Shown: one piece after another, positions 25,127-38,938 of the stretch
Layout of the letters: every line of letters begins with the position of its first letter
How positions within the stretch are numbered: the first letter of the stretch is position 1
Position numbers and translations under genes: made by a program
Assembly (NCBI GenBank): GCA_016748015.1
Contig: JAAOMT010000222.1
Coordinates: forward strand, 685,924-749,923
Direction: 5' to 3'
Length of the DNA stretch: 64,000 nucleotides
Origin: Geosiphon pyriformis uo1
Lineage: Eukaryota; Fungi; Glomeromycota
The notes under the pieces: generated by a model
Seen by the model: the letters and a program-made list of their open reading frames with translations, nothing else
The model's database searches: none
What the model was told of the DNA's origin: nothing

Positions 25127-28100
25127 TTTGGTGCTTCCTGTGAGGTATAATTTTACAGAGAACCAGCACCAACAAACACCATCCAAAAGTAGCAGAATCA
25201 GAAAACATAGGAGCAAACCATTTAGGATTTGCGAAATTCCTATTTCAACACTATTGTCAACACTTGGGATTAAACTACAATCATATATCTGCCAAATCAG
25301 TCTTTAATTTCTACGTCAATGAAAAAATTTCCTTTTTGTTAGAAACACCAATGAATACTGAATCAGCCAGGGAAACTTTCTACAGAGAATTAATTCAAAA
25401 TACCAACCTGCCAACAAATCACAATTTTGCCTCCATTATTACTGAGATCAACAAAGAAATTGAACATCACACCCAACAAAGATATCCAATTACTTATGCC
25501 AGTAAAGGCAAAGGAAAACCACAAACACCAGTAGTAATATCCAAAAAGATACAACCACCCACTTGGAAGAAAACAAAAGTTGAATCACCAACTGCTCCAT
25601 CCTATCACTACACACCAGGAAGTGCCATCAATATAATATTAGCAAGCATGTCCACATCAAATACAATATCAACATTCGAACAATTTTCATTCCAAAGTAA
25701 ACAAAAAAAAACAGATCTACTAGAACCATATGGCAAATATTTTGAAAGATTTAAGTTGTGATTACCAACACCATCAGGAATTCGATTACTGCCGCCTCAA
25801 CCAGACTTTGGAACCACTACTCTGTGGGAACTATCTGAAGAAAAAGAGGAAGAAGAATCGGAAGATCAAGAATTTACTTACCAAAACCCGATCCTTAAAA
25901 ACCCAGAATTTGGAACCCCAAATGTTCAAACTCAGTGAGAAAATCTGGAAATCGAAACTCCAAATATTCAAGCACCGCAAAATCAAAAACCCGAAGTAAT
26001 TAATCAACACTTACCTCCAGTTATTGTCATCAATCAACCACCAGTTGAACCAATTGGTCAGCCCATTCAAATACCAAACCAACAAACTCAACAACCACCC
26101 CCAGTACCACCTCAACAACAACAACAACTTCCACCACAGCAACAACAACAAATGGCATATGCACCAATTGTGAAGCTCGACAAATTTACCAGCAAAGAGG
26201 ACAATGCACAAGTTTGGCTAAATGATGTAGAAAAAGCCATCACAGCCAATAGATGGAATGACACCAGAGCCATGCAAGCCATACCTTATTTTCTCAAGGA
26301 TACAGCAGATTTATTGTATCAAAGCCTGGTCAACAAATCCCAAGATTTTAATGCCTTTAAATTAGAATTTTTAAGATACTTTAGCAATAACAACAGCATC
26401 AACAGATTAGTTAACACTTTCACTACAATTAAACAAGGAGAAACTGAAACAGTTACCACATATCTGAGACATTTTCATAGAAATCTGTGACAAATCCAAG
26501 CAATTGATGTTAATTATTTCACAGCACCACAAATTCTCAATCAATTTATCTGTGGCCTGTGCAGTAGCATCCTGCAACACATATGCTCATTGCATCCAGC
26601 CACTCTCCAGGATGCAGTTATACATGCCAGAAATTTTGAATCTGCCAAATTAGAAGCCAATCATGCCTATACTGTGAACCTAGTGATGAATGGATCATCT
26701 GAATTGAATTCCAAATTGAAACAATTCAGTGATTCAATTAATCAGAAATTAGAGAGATATTTAGCTGACAATCATGCAATTTATCAACTACCACAATAAT
26801 GCAATAATCCAGGAAACACGAATCATTTCCAAAATCAGTTGTGTCTATTATCATCATCAGCAGCACTTAATCAGCTGTGGCAGTCAGAAATGCATATTTG
26901 TCACAACTGTGGTAAACAAGAACACATAAGAGCAGACTGCAGATTTTATAGCAACAATTCACGATCAGGAAATCAATATCAAAACCTCAATTGCAGATTT
27001 CAAACTCCAAATTGTTACCCAAATCAAGATCAAACTACTTACCTGCCAATAATACAGTCACCAATCTATCAACCACCAGTATATCAATTTCAAATTTATC
27101 AACCACAGCCACCAATAATCTATCAGCCACAACCCCAAATAATTTATCAACCCCAATCAATTCAGACACCATCCCAAAATTCAGTTAATATGACATCAGG
27201 CCACCCCAGACCTAGAATTACACAAAACTGGAGATTGGCGATGGTTGTCCACCAACTGATTCCCAGTTTTTCTAACTTACTATCAGAATTGTGTTCTCGG
27301 AATTCAGGTACTGGTGCCACCCAAAACCCGAATTCCCAGAATTATTTAAGTCTTCTGGTTACCCCAGAAGATGCCACTAACACCAATTCAGGATCCAACC
27401 AACAATTAACATTCACCAGTAATATTTCACCAGCCACTGTCATAGAAGACGAGTCACTCACAGCCATATTCCCATTTGAAATTGAGGAACTATCAGGAGT
27501 TCTTTTGTTCAGCAGAGCTGCTATTGAGGAAAAACCCATTATGACAATGTACACTGATGCCAAAATTAATGGCCATTCCATCAAGCTCATTCTTAATAGT
27601 GGGTCAGCAGGCAGCATTATTACATGACAACTTATGGACCAATTAGGTCGCCAAGTTAATTGCGCTGCCAGCACTAGAATCATCACAGCTAATGAAGCAA
27701 CCAAAACACCTATCGGCGAGATAGATGAATTTCTATTTGAAGTCAATGGCATCATTACTCCCATCAAAGTCTTGATAATGGAAGCCACCCAATACCAAGC
27801 TCTAGTTGATAATGATTGGCTGTCCAAAACCAATGCTGTTCTGGACTGAATGACACAAGAGCTTCAACTAAGCATCAATAGTCAACACACATGTGTGCCA
27901 GCCATGTGTGGCCACTTCAAAGTTCCATCAAGAGAGGAATCATTGATAGAGCTGGAGGAAGAAGAAAAGAAGCCTATCTGGGAAGCTTACCAAGTCTCGT
28001 GGGCCAACAATGACCACAATGAATTGCCACTTATACTCTTATGAAATGATAAAGGAAAGAGAAAAGAAGAAGAAGAACTTATCTGGGGAACAAACCAAGG

Positions 28101-29178
28101 ATCATGAAGTGATAACAGCCAAAGCAAACCAGCCACTGAATGAAGTTGAGAAGAAAAGGGAAAAGGAAAGAAACAGGAAGAGGAACCAAAACAAACCACC
28201 TTCTTTACTCATATTCCATATGCGACACCACCTTAAAATACTTACCGTCGACCCAAACTTATATGCATCAGTTGTGGCAAGAAACTGTCAACAATGGGTG
28301 CATGCTGTAGTAAGAACAAAAAATAGACAACAGCAACTGAGTACTACTGTCACCCATGCATCCTTGAATGCAATGGACAACTGCCAAAAATAGGAAAATG
28401 GGACAGTACCTTGTGTTTAACTTGTGGAGATACTCTCTTAGATGAAGGGATATGGAAAAACATTCCTAGAAGAGAAGAAGCATGCGACAAGACATGTCAA
28501 TACACCATCCTGATCAATGACTGGGTACGAAAGGGAACTCCCATTGACAATGCCTGGAAGCGAGCATTAAGACATCTAGAAGAATACCCACATGATGAAG
28601 ATGAGATCTGAAGAATGGCATATACTATGTTAGAAGACACTACAACAGAGGAGCTGAGAGAAATTAAAAACAACCCACTATCTCTATTTGAGCCCGAATA
28701 TGTCCAAACCTTTGATGTCTTCGGCAACATTAAAGATGATTCAGAGAAATTTCATGAGCACTACCAGTGACTAGCACCCACAAAAAAAGAACAAAAAGAG
28801 CGCTTAGCACAGCTAAACACCTGGCTATGTGACCACTGTTTAATTCCATGTGACTTTCAATATTGTAATGAGTGTGATCTCATTTACAATCCACCACCAT
28901 GCATGATCTACACAATCTCTGAAGAGAAAAAACCAATCAGTGATTGTGCATCAGAATCAGAATTGCCAATCAATCACGATTCAAACTCTGACAATGACGA
29001 TGACAACAATGGTTTAAGCTCCATTCAAAATAGCAATGACAATGACAATGATTCCAACTCAGATCCAAACTCTAATACAAACTATGAATAATATATTGCA
29101 CTACCAGATCTCTCCAAAGAACAGGAGTTGAAATGGTATAGTGACAATGGGAAAGGTATCATGCCAGAACACGTGCAT

Positions 29179-29553
29179 GATACTGATGCAGAGTTTGATC
29201 TGAGGTATCCAAGAAAAGAAGCCATCAAATTGGAACCACATTTGTGCACCTGCATTGATCTGAAAATAGCACTGGAAATTTTGGCAACAACAATGGTTCA
29301 ATTAGCATCTAGGAGTAGTTTAGCAAAAAAAAAGATTAATATAAGAGGAGGAATAATTGACGTGGGATATGTAGGAAATATTATCACTATGCTACAAAAT
29401 GACTCAGAAAAGGCCTATATAATAGAGTCCAATAAAAAGATAACACAGGCAATATTTCTGCCTCTGGTTAGAGTAGCTCAGTTGGTATCAGTAGGAAAGA
29501 GAGAGAAATTAGGAATAACAGCAAGAGGAATACAGGGATTTGGATCAACGGGT
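29179..29553 (+). other. dUTPase domain in A pol (equivalent in B at 34509-34877)
   Basis: All five dUTPase motifs: DAEFDL, SRSS, GIIDVGYVG, TQAI, RGIQGFGSTG. Confidence 0.93.
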
Positions 29554-31111
29554 AGAATAGATGTACCAGTTAATATGGCAGAGGAAGAAATTGTTGGCCA
29601 AAGAGAAATTATCTCAACTGGTCAAGCTATTTCCATTCCACCATATAGCCAGTACATGCTAGCAATAGAAAAGAAAAAAAAGAAGCAAGAACAGATTTTT
29701 GAGGCTGAAACAAACCTTTGTGAATCAGGAAAGATTGGACTGAGCAATCTTCACATACTAGCCAAAAGCTATAGCCACATAAAAATTCCCATTTACAACA
29801 ACACTGACAATGTCATCAACATACCAGAAGGAACTATCATCAAATATTTAACCACAGAAATAGAAGACCAACCACCAAACTTCATTCCAGACTTTCCACA
29901 GCTTTGTGGATATGTTAATATAACATCACAAATGATATACGAACAAAGCGAATATTATTTGCTTCAACCAGAATAATTGGAACAAATGAACATGGAAAAC
30001 TTGAATCCACTCTAAAGTATGCAACTTAAGATGTTGCTCAACAATTTTAATAACATTTTTGCCAGCAAAAATGAGTTTGGCAGATGTTACTAGACGAAAT
30101 TAGAGATATTATTTAGCATAAAATTATCTTATAAATCCTATCATTAATTAGCATATATTATCATTTCAAATTATCACTTATTACATTAGCAAAATGTCCA
30201 AAATTATCATTTAATTAATAACCCAATTTGTACACAACACAAATGTAACCTAATTGCGATGATCAAATTATACAATACCCCGAACTATGTAATATTCAAA
30301 AGTTTGCCAAAATTTGTAGAAATTTGCCAAAATAATTGATAGTTCACTAAAATATCTAATAGTTCACAGAAATAACTTGTAGTTCACCGAAATGTATCTT
30401 TAGTTCAGCGAAATTGTAGAAAATAGCAAAGTTCAAGTTCATAGAATAGTGTTACGACAAGTTGTATAAAAGAAGAGCATCTCTTTTCGAGAAAATGTAT
30501 TTTACTTTAGATTTATTACTTAAAAACTATTCCTACGTATACAAAAAGAAATAAATATCAAATAATTTAAAAAACCAAATTCTTTAATTATTGCACTTGG
30601 AAAATCCCCAAAACCCAACTAAAATTTTGAAATTGATTAGCTATCAATTTCAGTAAACTGTTAGTAACTCCAGGCCTGGATAGAAAAACGTTTCCCTTGA
30701 TAAAATTCTATTTCTTTTACATTTCTTTTATTTTTTTTTCTTTTCTTATTACAATCATTAGGGTAGCTTACAGATAAGATTCTTGTAGAAGAGTTGACTT
30801 TCACAGCAAAGTAACTACACATTTTTAGTGAGCTTCCAGACAAGCAATTCCTGGAAAAGAGTTGAAATTTACTACAATGTAACTACATAAAGCAACTGGC
30901 ACAGAATTGGCCATTCCACTCATAAGCCCAGCAAGTTCAAATTATAGGAGATAATTTGAAAATAAATTCAGTTACTGAAGGTCCAACTACTTTCTGGAAA
31001 CGTGAATTCACAACAAATCAACATTAACAACATTTAAGAAAAGAGACCAAAAACTTCTGGTAACATTTAGTGCTCTCCCACGGAAATAACACAGCAACAA
31101 CAAAATTCAAA

Positions 31112-34100
31112 GTGGCGACCACACCAGATGCAACAACTCTAAAGTATTACCAATCAATTTACACCCACTGCAAGCAAAGATTCAACATTCTAGACGGAAT
31201 TGAAGTTGTCAAGAAATCAGTATACCAATATATTGAAAACCACATTAACAATTATCTTTTTGGAAATTACAATATCTCAGAAGTTAGAAGCAACTTTTAC
31301 AATAATTTAGCACACTATTTACAGTTGGAAACTAAAGACCTTAACAGTGAAACACTTGCCACTTACTTTTACGAACTTAATTTTAACATTATCAAATACT
31401 GTAAAAAAACATATCCAGTGCAGTTTTAATACTCTATTAATTTTGAATCGGAAACAGAAACAAACAAAAAAGGCAAAAACAAATTGAAACAATACTCAAA
31501 AACCACCCCAAATACTCCAATATTATCAAAAACAACTGCCAACCATTTACAAACACCTGAACAAGAAACCAGTTCAAAACTTCCACTTACTATCACATCT
31601 TTTCCAGCTTCACTTGCACAAGCACAAATGCTTAATTCACCCTTAAATCAATTTGTAAGACCAGAAGATTTTACATCACTCAGAAGTCCCATCAGACAAC
31701 AAAAACCCCTTCAAACTAGTTTCAATCTCCTTGACTTTCTAGCTGAAAATCAAAGTGAACACTCTGAGACAGCAGTGAATGAAGAAAACAAACCTGAAAT
31801 ATCTGAAGAAGAATCAATAAACAATGAAAACAAAGAAGATGAAATAACAACATACATCGCAAAAATCCCTGAATTTAATGGAAAAGACATTGAGACCAGT
31901 TCCCAAGAATGGCTTGACCAAGTTACTAAAGCTGAAGATGCAAATAAATGGAATGCTGCCAGAATGTTAAGAACAATTCTTTATTTTCTCAAAGGAACAG
32001 CAGGAGAATGGTTTGAAAACTTGGCTGCCCCATTCAATGATTGGAATGCTTTCAAAGCAGCCTTCCTTGAACAGTTTACTGACAATAATACCTCCATTAC
32101 CCTTTGTAATTGTTTTCGAAATATCAAACAAGAACCCTCTGAATCTGTTATGACTTATATTAGGAAATTCAACAAACTTCTCAGATGAATTCGCCAACTT
32201 GAAACAAACAATTATTATTCCGATGCTTAAATCTTGGATCAATTTATCGCTGGTCTAAAAGATGAACTAATTAAAAAGGTTCGCCCACATGCACCAGAAG
32301 ATTTAAACTCTGCCATACAGCATGTGAAAAGATATGAAATGGCCATGGAAGAGGCCAATTGCACAAAACTTGTAAATTTGGCAATTGAAGAAACCAGCTC
32401 AGCAACTGAAAAAAAAATTGACCAACTCACAAAAAAAGTTGAAAACTATTTCACCAATCAACAACAACAGCAACCCCAAAGATATCAACCACCCCAAAGA
32501 CAAAATCAAAATAACTTTGCACCACTTTCTAATAATCAGCCTCAGAATTGCCATTACTGTAGAATCTCTGGTCACTGGAAAAGAGATTGCAGAAAGCTAC
32601 AATGAGACCAACAAAATAGGAGTAATCAATGTTACTCTCCACCACAGCAATCTTATTATTAACCACCACCACCAGCTTACTATTTACCAAGATCTCAATA
32701 CCAAAATAACTATTATCAGCCTGCCCCACAGCCAATCCAACAGCAATACCAACAACCACCTATACAACATTATCAAGTACCTGTTCGAAGACTAATTACA
32801 CAAAATCAATTCACACCACAAAACCAATACCAAGTAAACAACAATAGAATCAGTTCGAACAACCAATTAATTCTCCGAAATTCCACTCAACCAAGACCCA
32901 ACTACTACCACACTCAACCCAGTTATTTAACAATGCCAGAAAAACAGAATTTTCACCTCGGAAGGTAGAGCTGCAGCACAACAACAAAACCCTTCCTATA
33001 CTCCCACCACAATCCCACCAGCCAGAATCACTGAAAATGCTAACCTTTCAGATATATTTCCTTTTGAGTTCAAAGCAAATGAGTCACCATTCCTGCTTAG
33101 CAATACAACTGCCAATGAACAAAAAGCAATTATGGCTATGTACACTGAAGCAGAAGTCGAAAGAAAGACAATTTGCTTGATCCTAAACAGTAGATCCACC
33201 GGAAGTATTATCACCTACCAGTTAATGCAACAGTTGAAGAGAAATGTTGACTGACCAGCTCAAACAGTAATCGTTACTACTGATGGCATGAAAAAGACCC
33301 CAGTAGGAGAAATTAACAATTTTCTGTTTACACTTGATGGAATCACTATTCCAGTCAAAGTTCTTATAATGGATGCACCCCAGTACCAAGCTCTCATCAG
33401 AAATGATTGGCTTCAAAAAGCCAATGCTAATCTGAATTGGGAAACACAAGAGTTAACAATCTCCTACCAAGGACAACACGCCCGGGTACCTGCCACTTGT
33501 GGTACATTCAACAAACACTCTAAAAAAGTCCCGGCTTTTGAATTCGAACTGGAAGAGGAAAAACCCCTCATTGAAACATTTATGGCTCTTGGATCAATGT
33601 CCAACTGGGCCAATAAAACAGAACAAGAACATTTTATTCCACACTCTGAACTCGAAACCTCTGGATGGAATATCCCTTACTCAAAATCTGAACCAAGGAA
33701 ACAATGCCCCTATATTTTTCTTAAATATAAGGACTGCCACAAGAAACTATTATCAATGGGAGCCTGCATTTTACCTAAAGAAGAATATGAAAATCATACT
33801 TGTTATTACTGTAAGGCTTGCTACAGAAAACAATGGGGCCATCTAATAAAAAAAAGTGGAAAATAGGACAACACCCCTTGTTTGACTTGTGGAGATATGC
33901 TACCAGAAGAATACAATTGAATTGATGTAGCCATGAGAGGAGGAGTCTGTGATCAGACCTGCCAATATGCTTTATCAATTTCAGAAAAAGTAAAAAGAGG
34001 AACACTCTTTAATGCAGCATACAACAGTGCTCTCAACAAACTTTATCACTACCTCCATGATGCCGAAATGATTTTCGACCTAGAAATGGCATTAATTAAT

Positions 34101-36718
34101 GGAGCTACCAAAGAAAATGTTCGTCAAATGAAGGAAGCAGAATACATTGAATACACTATGGAATTAGCTGAATTCAATTACAAAGACGAAGTAAAAGTCT
34201 ATCACCAAATTGCAAGTTATACCTACCCAACTCAAGAAGCTCAAATTCAATGATTAGAGCAAATGAACATTAGGCTATGTGAAAAATGCATCATGTCTTG
34301 TGATAAACAGTGATGTCCTGAATGCTATGTTCTTAGTATCTCCTTGCCCAGTGAAAATGATAAGAACAAAATTGAATTTGGAGAACTTGAAGCAATGGAA
34401 GAAATTGAAACAACACCCATCTACCTTATTGAAAATCAGCCTGCCTTACAACTTAAATACTTCAACAACAATAGACAAGGAATAAAACCCAAAAAAGCAC
34501 ACGAAATTGATGCTGGATATGACCTAAGATATCCAGACAAGGATACTCTTGTTCTTAAACCCAAATCTCTCACAAAAATTAACCTCAAAATTGCACTCAA
34601 AATCTCACCAGGAGCAATGGTTCAAATCATCTCCCAGTCCTCTCTGGCAAGCAAAGGAATTAATGTCAGAGGAGGAATAATCAATGCTAGATATACTGGA
34701 GACATTACAGTGATGCTTCAAAATGAAACTAACAAACTATTCAAGATCGAACATGCTGAAAAAATTGTCCAAGCTATTTACCTACTCCTAATCAACATTT
34801 CGGGTTTGCAACTAGTCAATCAAAGAGAACAATTAGGAAAAAGTGATAGAGGAACCCAAGATTTTGGTTCAACTGGACGATTCACAGTTTCAGTTAATAT
34901 AGCTCTTAACACACAGAACAAATCCCACCAGATTCTTAGACTTTCACAACCAATTATCATTTCACCCTTTAGAAAACATCTGGAAATCTACATCTGCCTA
35001 AAGTCAACAACCACACAACAAATTTTTAAGTCCAATGAACAAGTCTGCTTGGAACATAATATTTTGATCCTAAACATTTATATTCTAGAAGGAACAAAGA
35101 AAGTCCAAGTTACTTTTTACAACCCCAATAATTACCTCATAATTTTATTAAATAATTTAGAAATTGGAGTTATTCACAGTAATATATTTCAACAAAAATT
35201 ATCCCAAACAGTTCCCGATTTTTCTGAAATTATTGGACATTCACTACCAAAAATCAACCCAAACCTCAGCCTGAAAACTACTATGTTGTCATGGAAAAAC
35301 TATCTCGAATCAACATGGGACAACTTGAATCACAACAACAGACCCAGCTCAAAGAGCTAATTGCAGAATTTGCTGATATCTTCGCTGAAAACAACAATGA
35401 CTTAGGAAGAACCGATTTGGTTCAACACCAAATTTATACAGGAGATGCCAAACCAAGAAGACAACAAGCATATCGAGCTGCTTCAGAAAGCCACCAATTC
35501 ATCTGAGAAGAAGTACAATGAATGCTTAACAATGGGCTTATCCAACTTTCCATGAGTCCTTGGGCTTTACCTGTAATGCTAGTCAAAAAGAAAAATGGAA
35601 AGATCTGATTTTGTGTTGACTATCAACAACTCAACAGTATTACAATTAGAAATGCCTACCTTCTTCCCCAGATTAATGACATGTTAGATGCCCTTGGAAA
35701 ATCCAAATACTTTTCAACACTAGATTTAGAAAGCAGTTACTGGCAAGTTGCTATGGATCCCAAAGATTGCCCCAAAACAGCATTCACCACCCAAGACAGA
35801 AATTACAAGTTCAATGTAATGCCTTTTGGATTATGCAATGCACTAGCAACATTTTAGAGATTAATAGATGTTGTGTACCAAGGACTTCTTTAGAAGTCAG
35901 TAGTTGTTTATCTTGACAATACTGATGTTTATTCTCCATTGTTCGAATTACACTTAAAACACCTGCAAGAAGTTTTTCAACGATTACAAAAAGCAAGACT
36001 AAAACTTAACATTGAAAAATGCTACTTTGGAAAAACAAGCTTGGCCTTTCTTGGGCATATCGTTAGTAAAGATAGAATCAAACTGGACCCTGGAAAAATC
36101 AGCATTGTTAAAAACTTCAAAACTCCTTGAAACACTACAGAACTAAGAGGATTCATAGGATTAGCATCCTACTATTGGAAGTTTATCAAAGGATTCTCAG
36201 AAATTGCAAAACCCCTCAACCAGCTCACCACCAAAAACGTTGAATACAAATGGACTACTGAACACCAAAAAGCTTTTGGAATTCTCAAGGAAAAACTGAC
36301 AACAGCTCCAATTCTCACCTACCTGGATTTCAGCAACTGATTTCGATTAGCTACAGATGCTTCGTATACTGCCTTTGGTGCCATCTTATCACAACTAGAT
36401 AACAATGGAAATGAGTGAGTAATTGCTTATGCTAACAGAACATTAAAACCAGCTGAGAAAAACTACCCTGCCACAGAACTAGAAACAGCAGCCATAATTT
36501 GGGCCCTACACCACTTCAACTTTTATCTCAGGCCTAAAGAATTCGATATTATCACTGATAATATTGGACTCAAATGGCTTCAGAACAAAAATACTCAGCT
36601 GAATGCAAAACAAACCCAATAGACAGAATTTCTAGCAAACTATTGATACATAGTACATCACAAACCAGGAAAACTCCACACCAATGTTGACTGTCTCTCT
36701 AGAATGAGACAAGATTAG
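31112..36718 (+). pseudogene. Element B gag-pol (gag, PR, Cys-rich, dUTPase, RT, RNase H)
   Basis: CHYCRISGHWKRDC, LILNSRSTGS, DAGYDL, RGTQDFGSTG, MPFGLCNA, YLDN, TDAS, ELETAAI. Stops, plus two small frameshifts (~32955, ~35270) that look like decay. Confidence 0.9.
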
Positions 36719-36769
36719 AAAACACAAAAACCAATACTCAACTTAACCAACCAAAAAAGCCAACAAACA

Positions 36770-38155
36770 ATAAATTCAGAAAACTACAACAATCTCAAAC
36801 AATATTTGGAAACATTAACAATTCCAACAGATTGGTCTCCAGATGAAAAACATCGACTACAACTACAAGCCAAACAATATTTTTTACACAACAACATTAT
36901 TTATCATCGAAATTTCAAAAACCCAAACAAATCACTTAGATTAATACAAGAACAGAAAAAAGAGACCATATTATACAACATGCACTCAGATCCTTCATTA
37001 GCACATTTCGGAAAAGATAGCACCACCCAAAAAACACTAGAATACTACTTTTGGCCTCAAATGAGAAAAGACATTCACAAATATGTCAAATCTTGTGATA
37101 GTTGTCAAAGAAGAGAAGGAACACACTCTATTGAACCATTAAATCCAATCAAAGTTGGACAACTCTTTGACTAAGTTGGTATCGATTTAATCGGACCATT
37201 ATCTATTACCACTCAAGGAAACCGTTATATTGCAGTAGCTGTAGACTATCTTACTAAATGGCCCAAAGCCAGAGCCATTCAACGAGCAGATGCAAAATCA
37301 GTAGCAAATTTCATCTATGAAGACATTATTTGTAGACATGGATGTTCAATTGAACTTTTATCTGATCAGGGAACACACTTTGTAAACAACCTGATACAAG
37401 AAATTTGCGAATGATTCAATGTCAAAAGACCTCTGTCTTCGTCCTACCATCCACAAACAAATGGACTTGTGGAATGTTTTAACAGAACATTGTGTAAGTC
37501 ATTAGCCAAAGTCTCAACTGATTTTGAACAAGAGTGGGATATCTTTATTCCATCAGTGTTGCTAGCATACAGAACACTAAAACAAGATACCACAAAACAC
37601 ACACCATTTGATTTAACTTATGGAAGAACAGCAACATTACCAATTAGTTTCACAGTGGAAACATACCCAGCACAACCAATTGATGAAAACAATTTCTAAG
37701 AAATGCTTTAGCAAAGAGCCTACACTCTGCTTAGTACATTAGAAAAAAAACAATGAATAGCAGCCACCCATATTGAACATTCCCAAGCTCGACAAAAAGA
37801 ATGGCATGATAACAAATTGCCTCCAGTTACCAATGAATTTAAAATCGGAAACAAAGTTCTCTTACACAGAACTAAAGCTAAAAAACAATGGAGTGGAAAA
37901 TTTGAAAATAAATGGAATGGACCATTTTTTATCCATGAAGTCCTAGGCAACGGATCATACAAGCTAAGACTTGATGACAAAATCCTAGCAAAAGTTGCAC
38001 ATGGAGATCATTTGAAACACTATCATTTCAGAAACAATCCTGAATCATTAATTCCACAAATTGGTACACATTCCCCTTTAGTCAATTTCGAAGATATTCC
38101 CTGAAACTTAGAACCAATAGTTGTCATTAAACAATCTTCCAACCTGAACACTTAA
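36770..38155 (+). pseudogene. Element B integrase (separate ORF)
   Basis: HHCC (MH..AHFG..CDSCQ), GIDL, SDQGTHF, YHPQTNGLVE, GPF module (WNGPF). No chromodomain. Confidence 0.9.
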
Positions 38156-38261
38156 ATTAATTTTACTAGTTATTCCCTTATAATTTAGAAACAATCAAAA
38201 CAAAAATAACATAAAAACCCATACACCAAAAATAATTTTCTTTTATTTTAAATCTCTTATA

Positions 38262-38938
38262 ATGACTATTCCTCAAAACATTCAACAATTATCCCAAAAA
38301 CTAATGTTAACTTTAAAAACAATACCCGAATTATCCATTACTGTTACTGGAAACCACATTAATTATATCCAAACAGAAGTAGTTACAAATTTAGCCCCAA
38401 ATTCACGAAAATATCACCCATATAAGAAGAACACAAGAAGTTATTCTGGAATTCATCTGCCAAAACTTTTAAAGCTTGCTTTAAGAGAAAACCTAATGCT
38501 CACTTCAATTAATATTCCACCAAATGCTACAATTCAACAAAGATTTCAACTGTGTCTCAATGAGGAAAACACTGAATATCCTCCAATTTATAGATATTTC
38601 TACATTAGAAAAACACTCTACGAATAGAAACTGGAACTTACAACAGCAAACCTCACAAAAGAAGTTATTCAGAAACAACTCCACAACAAATTTAAGACAA
38701 CAGCTGGACCAACAAATAGTCACTACAAGCTCAGAGCTGCTCTTAGACTTTATGACCTATTCCACATCTGTGAAAATGTCCTACAAAACCCAATTTTATG
38801 ACCTTTGAAGATTCAATACATTGGAAAGCTCACAGAACTGAAATTTCAACAATTTTCAGACCAAATTTCTTCAATAATTTTGGATTACTATCTGGAAATT
38901 AGAGACAGTACTTGGACTTTGAAGAAGCTCAGTCTTGA
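38262..38938 (+). pseudogene. Element B ORF3, unknown ~225-aa protein
   Basis: ATG at 38262; aligns with A ORF3; ends LDFEEAQS-TGA at the PPT after a late frameshift. Confidence 0.7.

Noticed and set aside
32940-32975. Programmed gag-pol frameshift in B
   Set aside because: A is single-frame through the same region, and the B shift looks like a small deletion.
37817-38155. Chromodomain at the integrase C-terminus
   Set aside because: Only the GPF module and a short tail are present; no YLVKW-type motif.
38262-38938. ORF3 as an env gene
   Set aside because: Too short, with no signal peptide, fusion peptide or transmembrane anchor.
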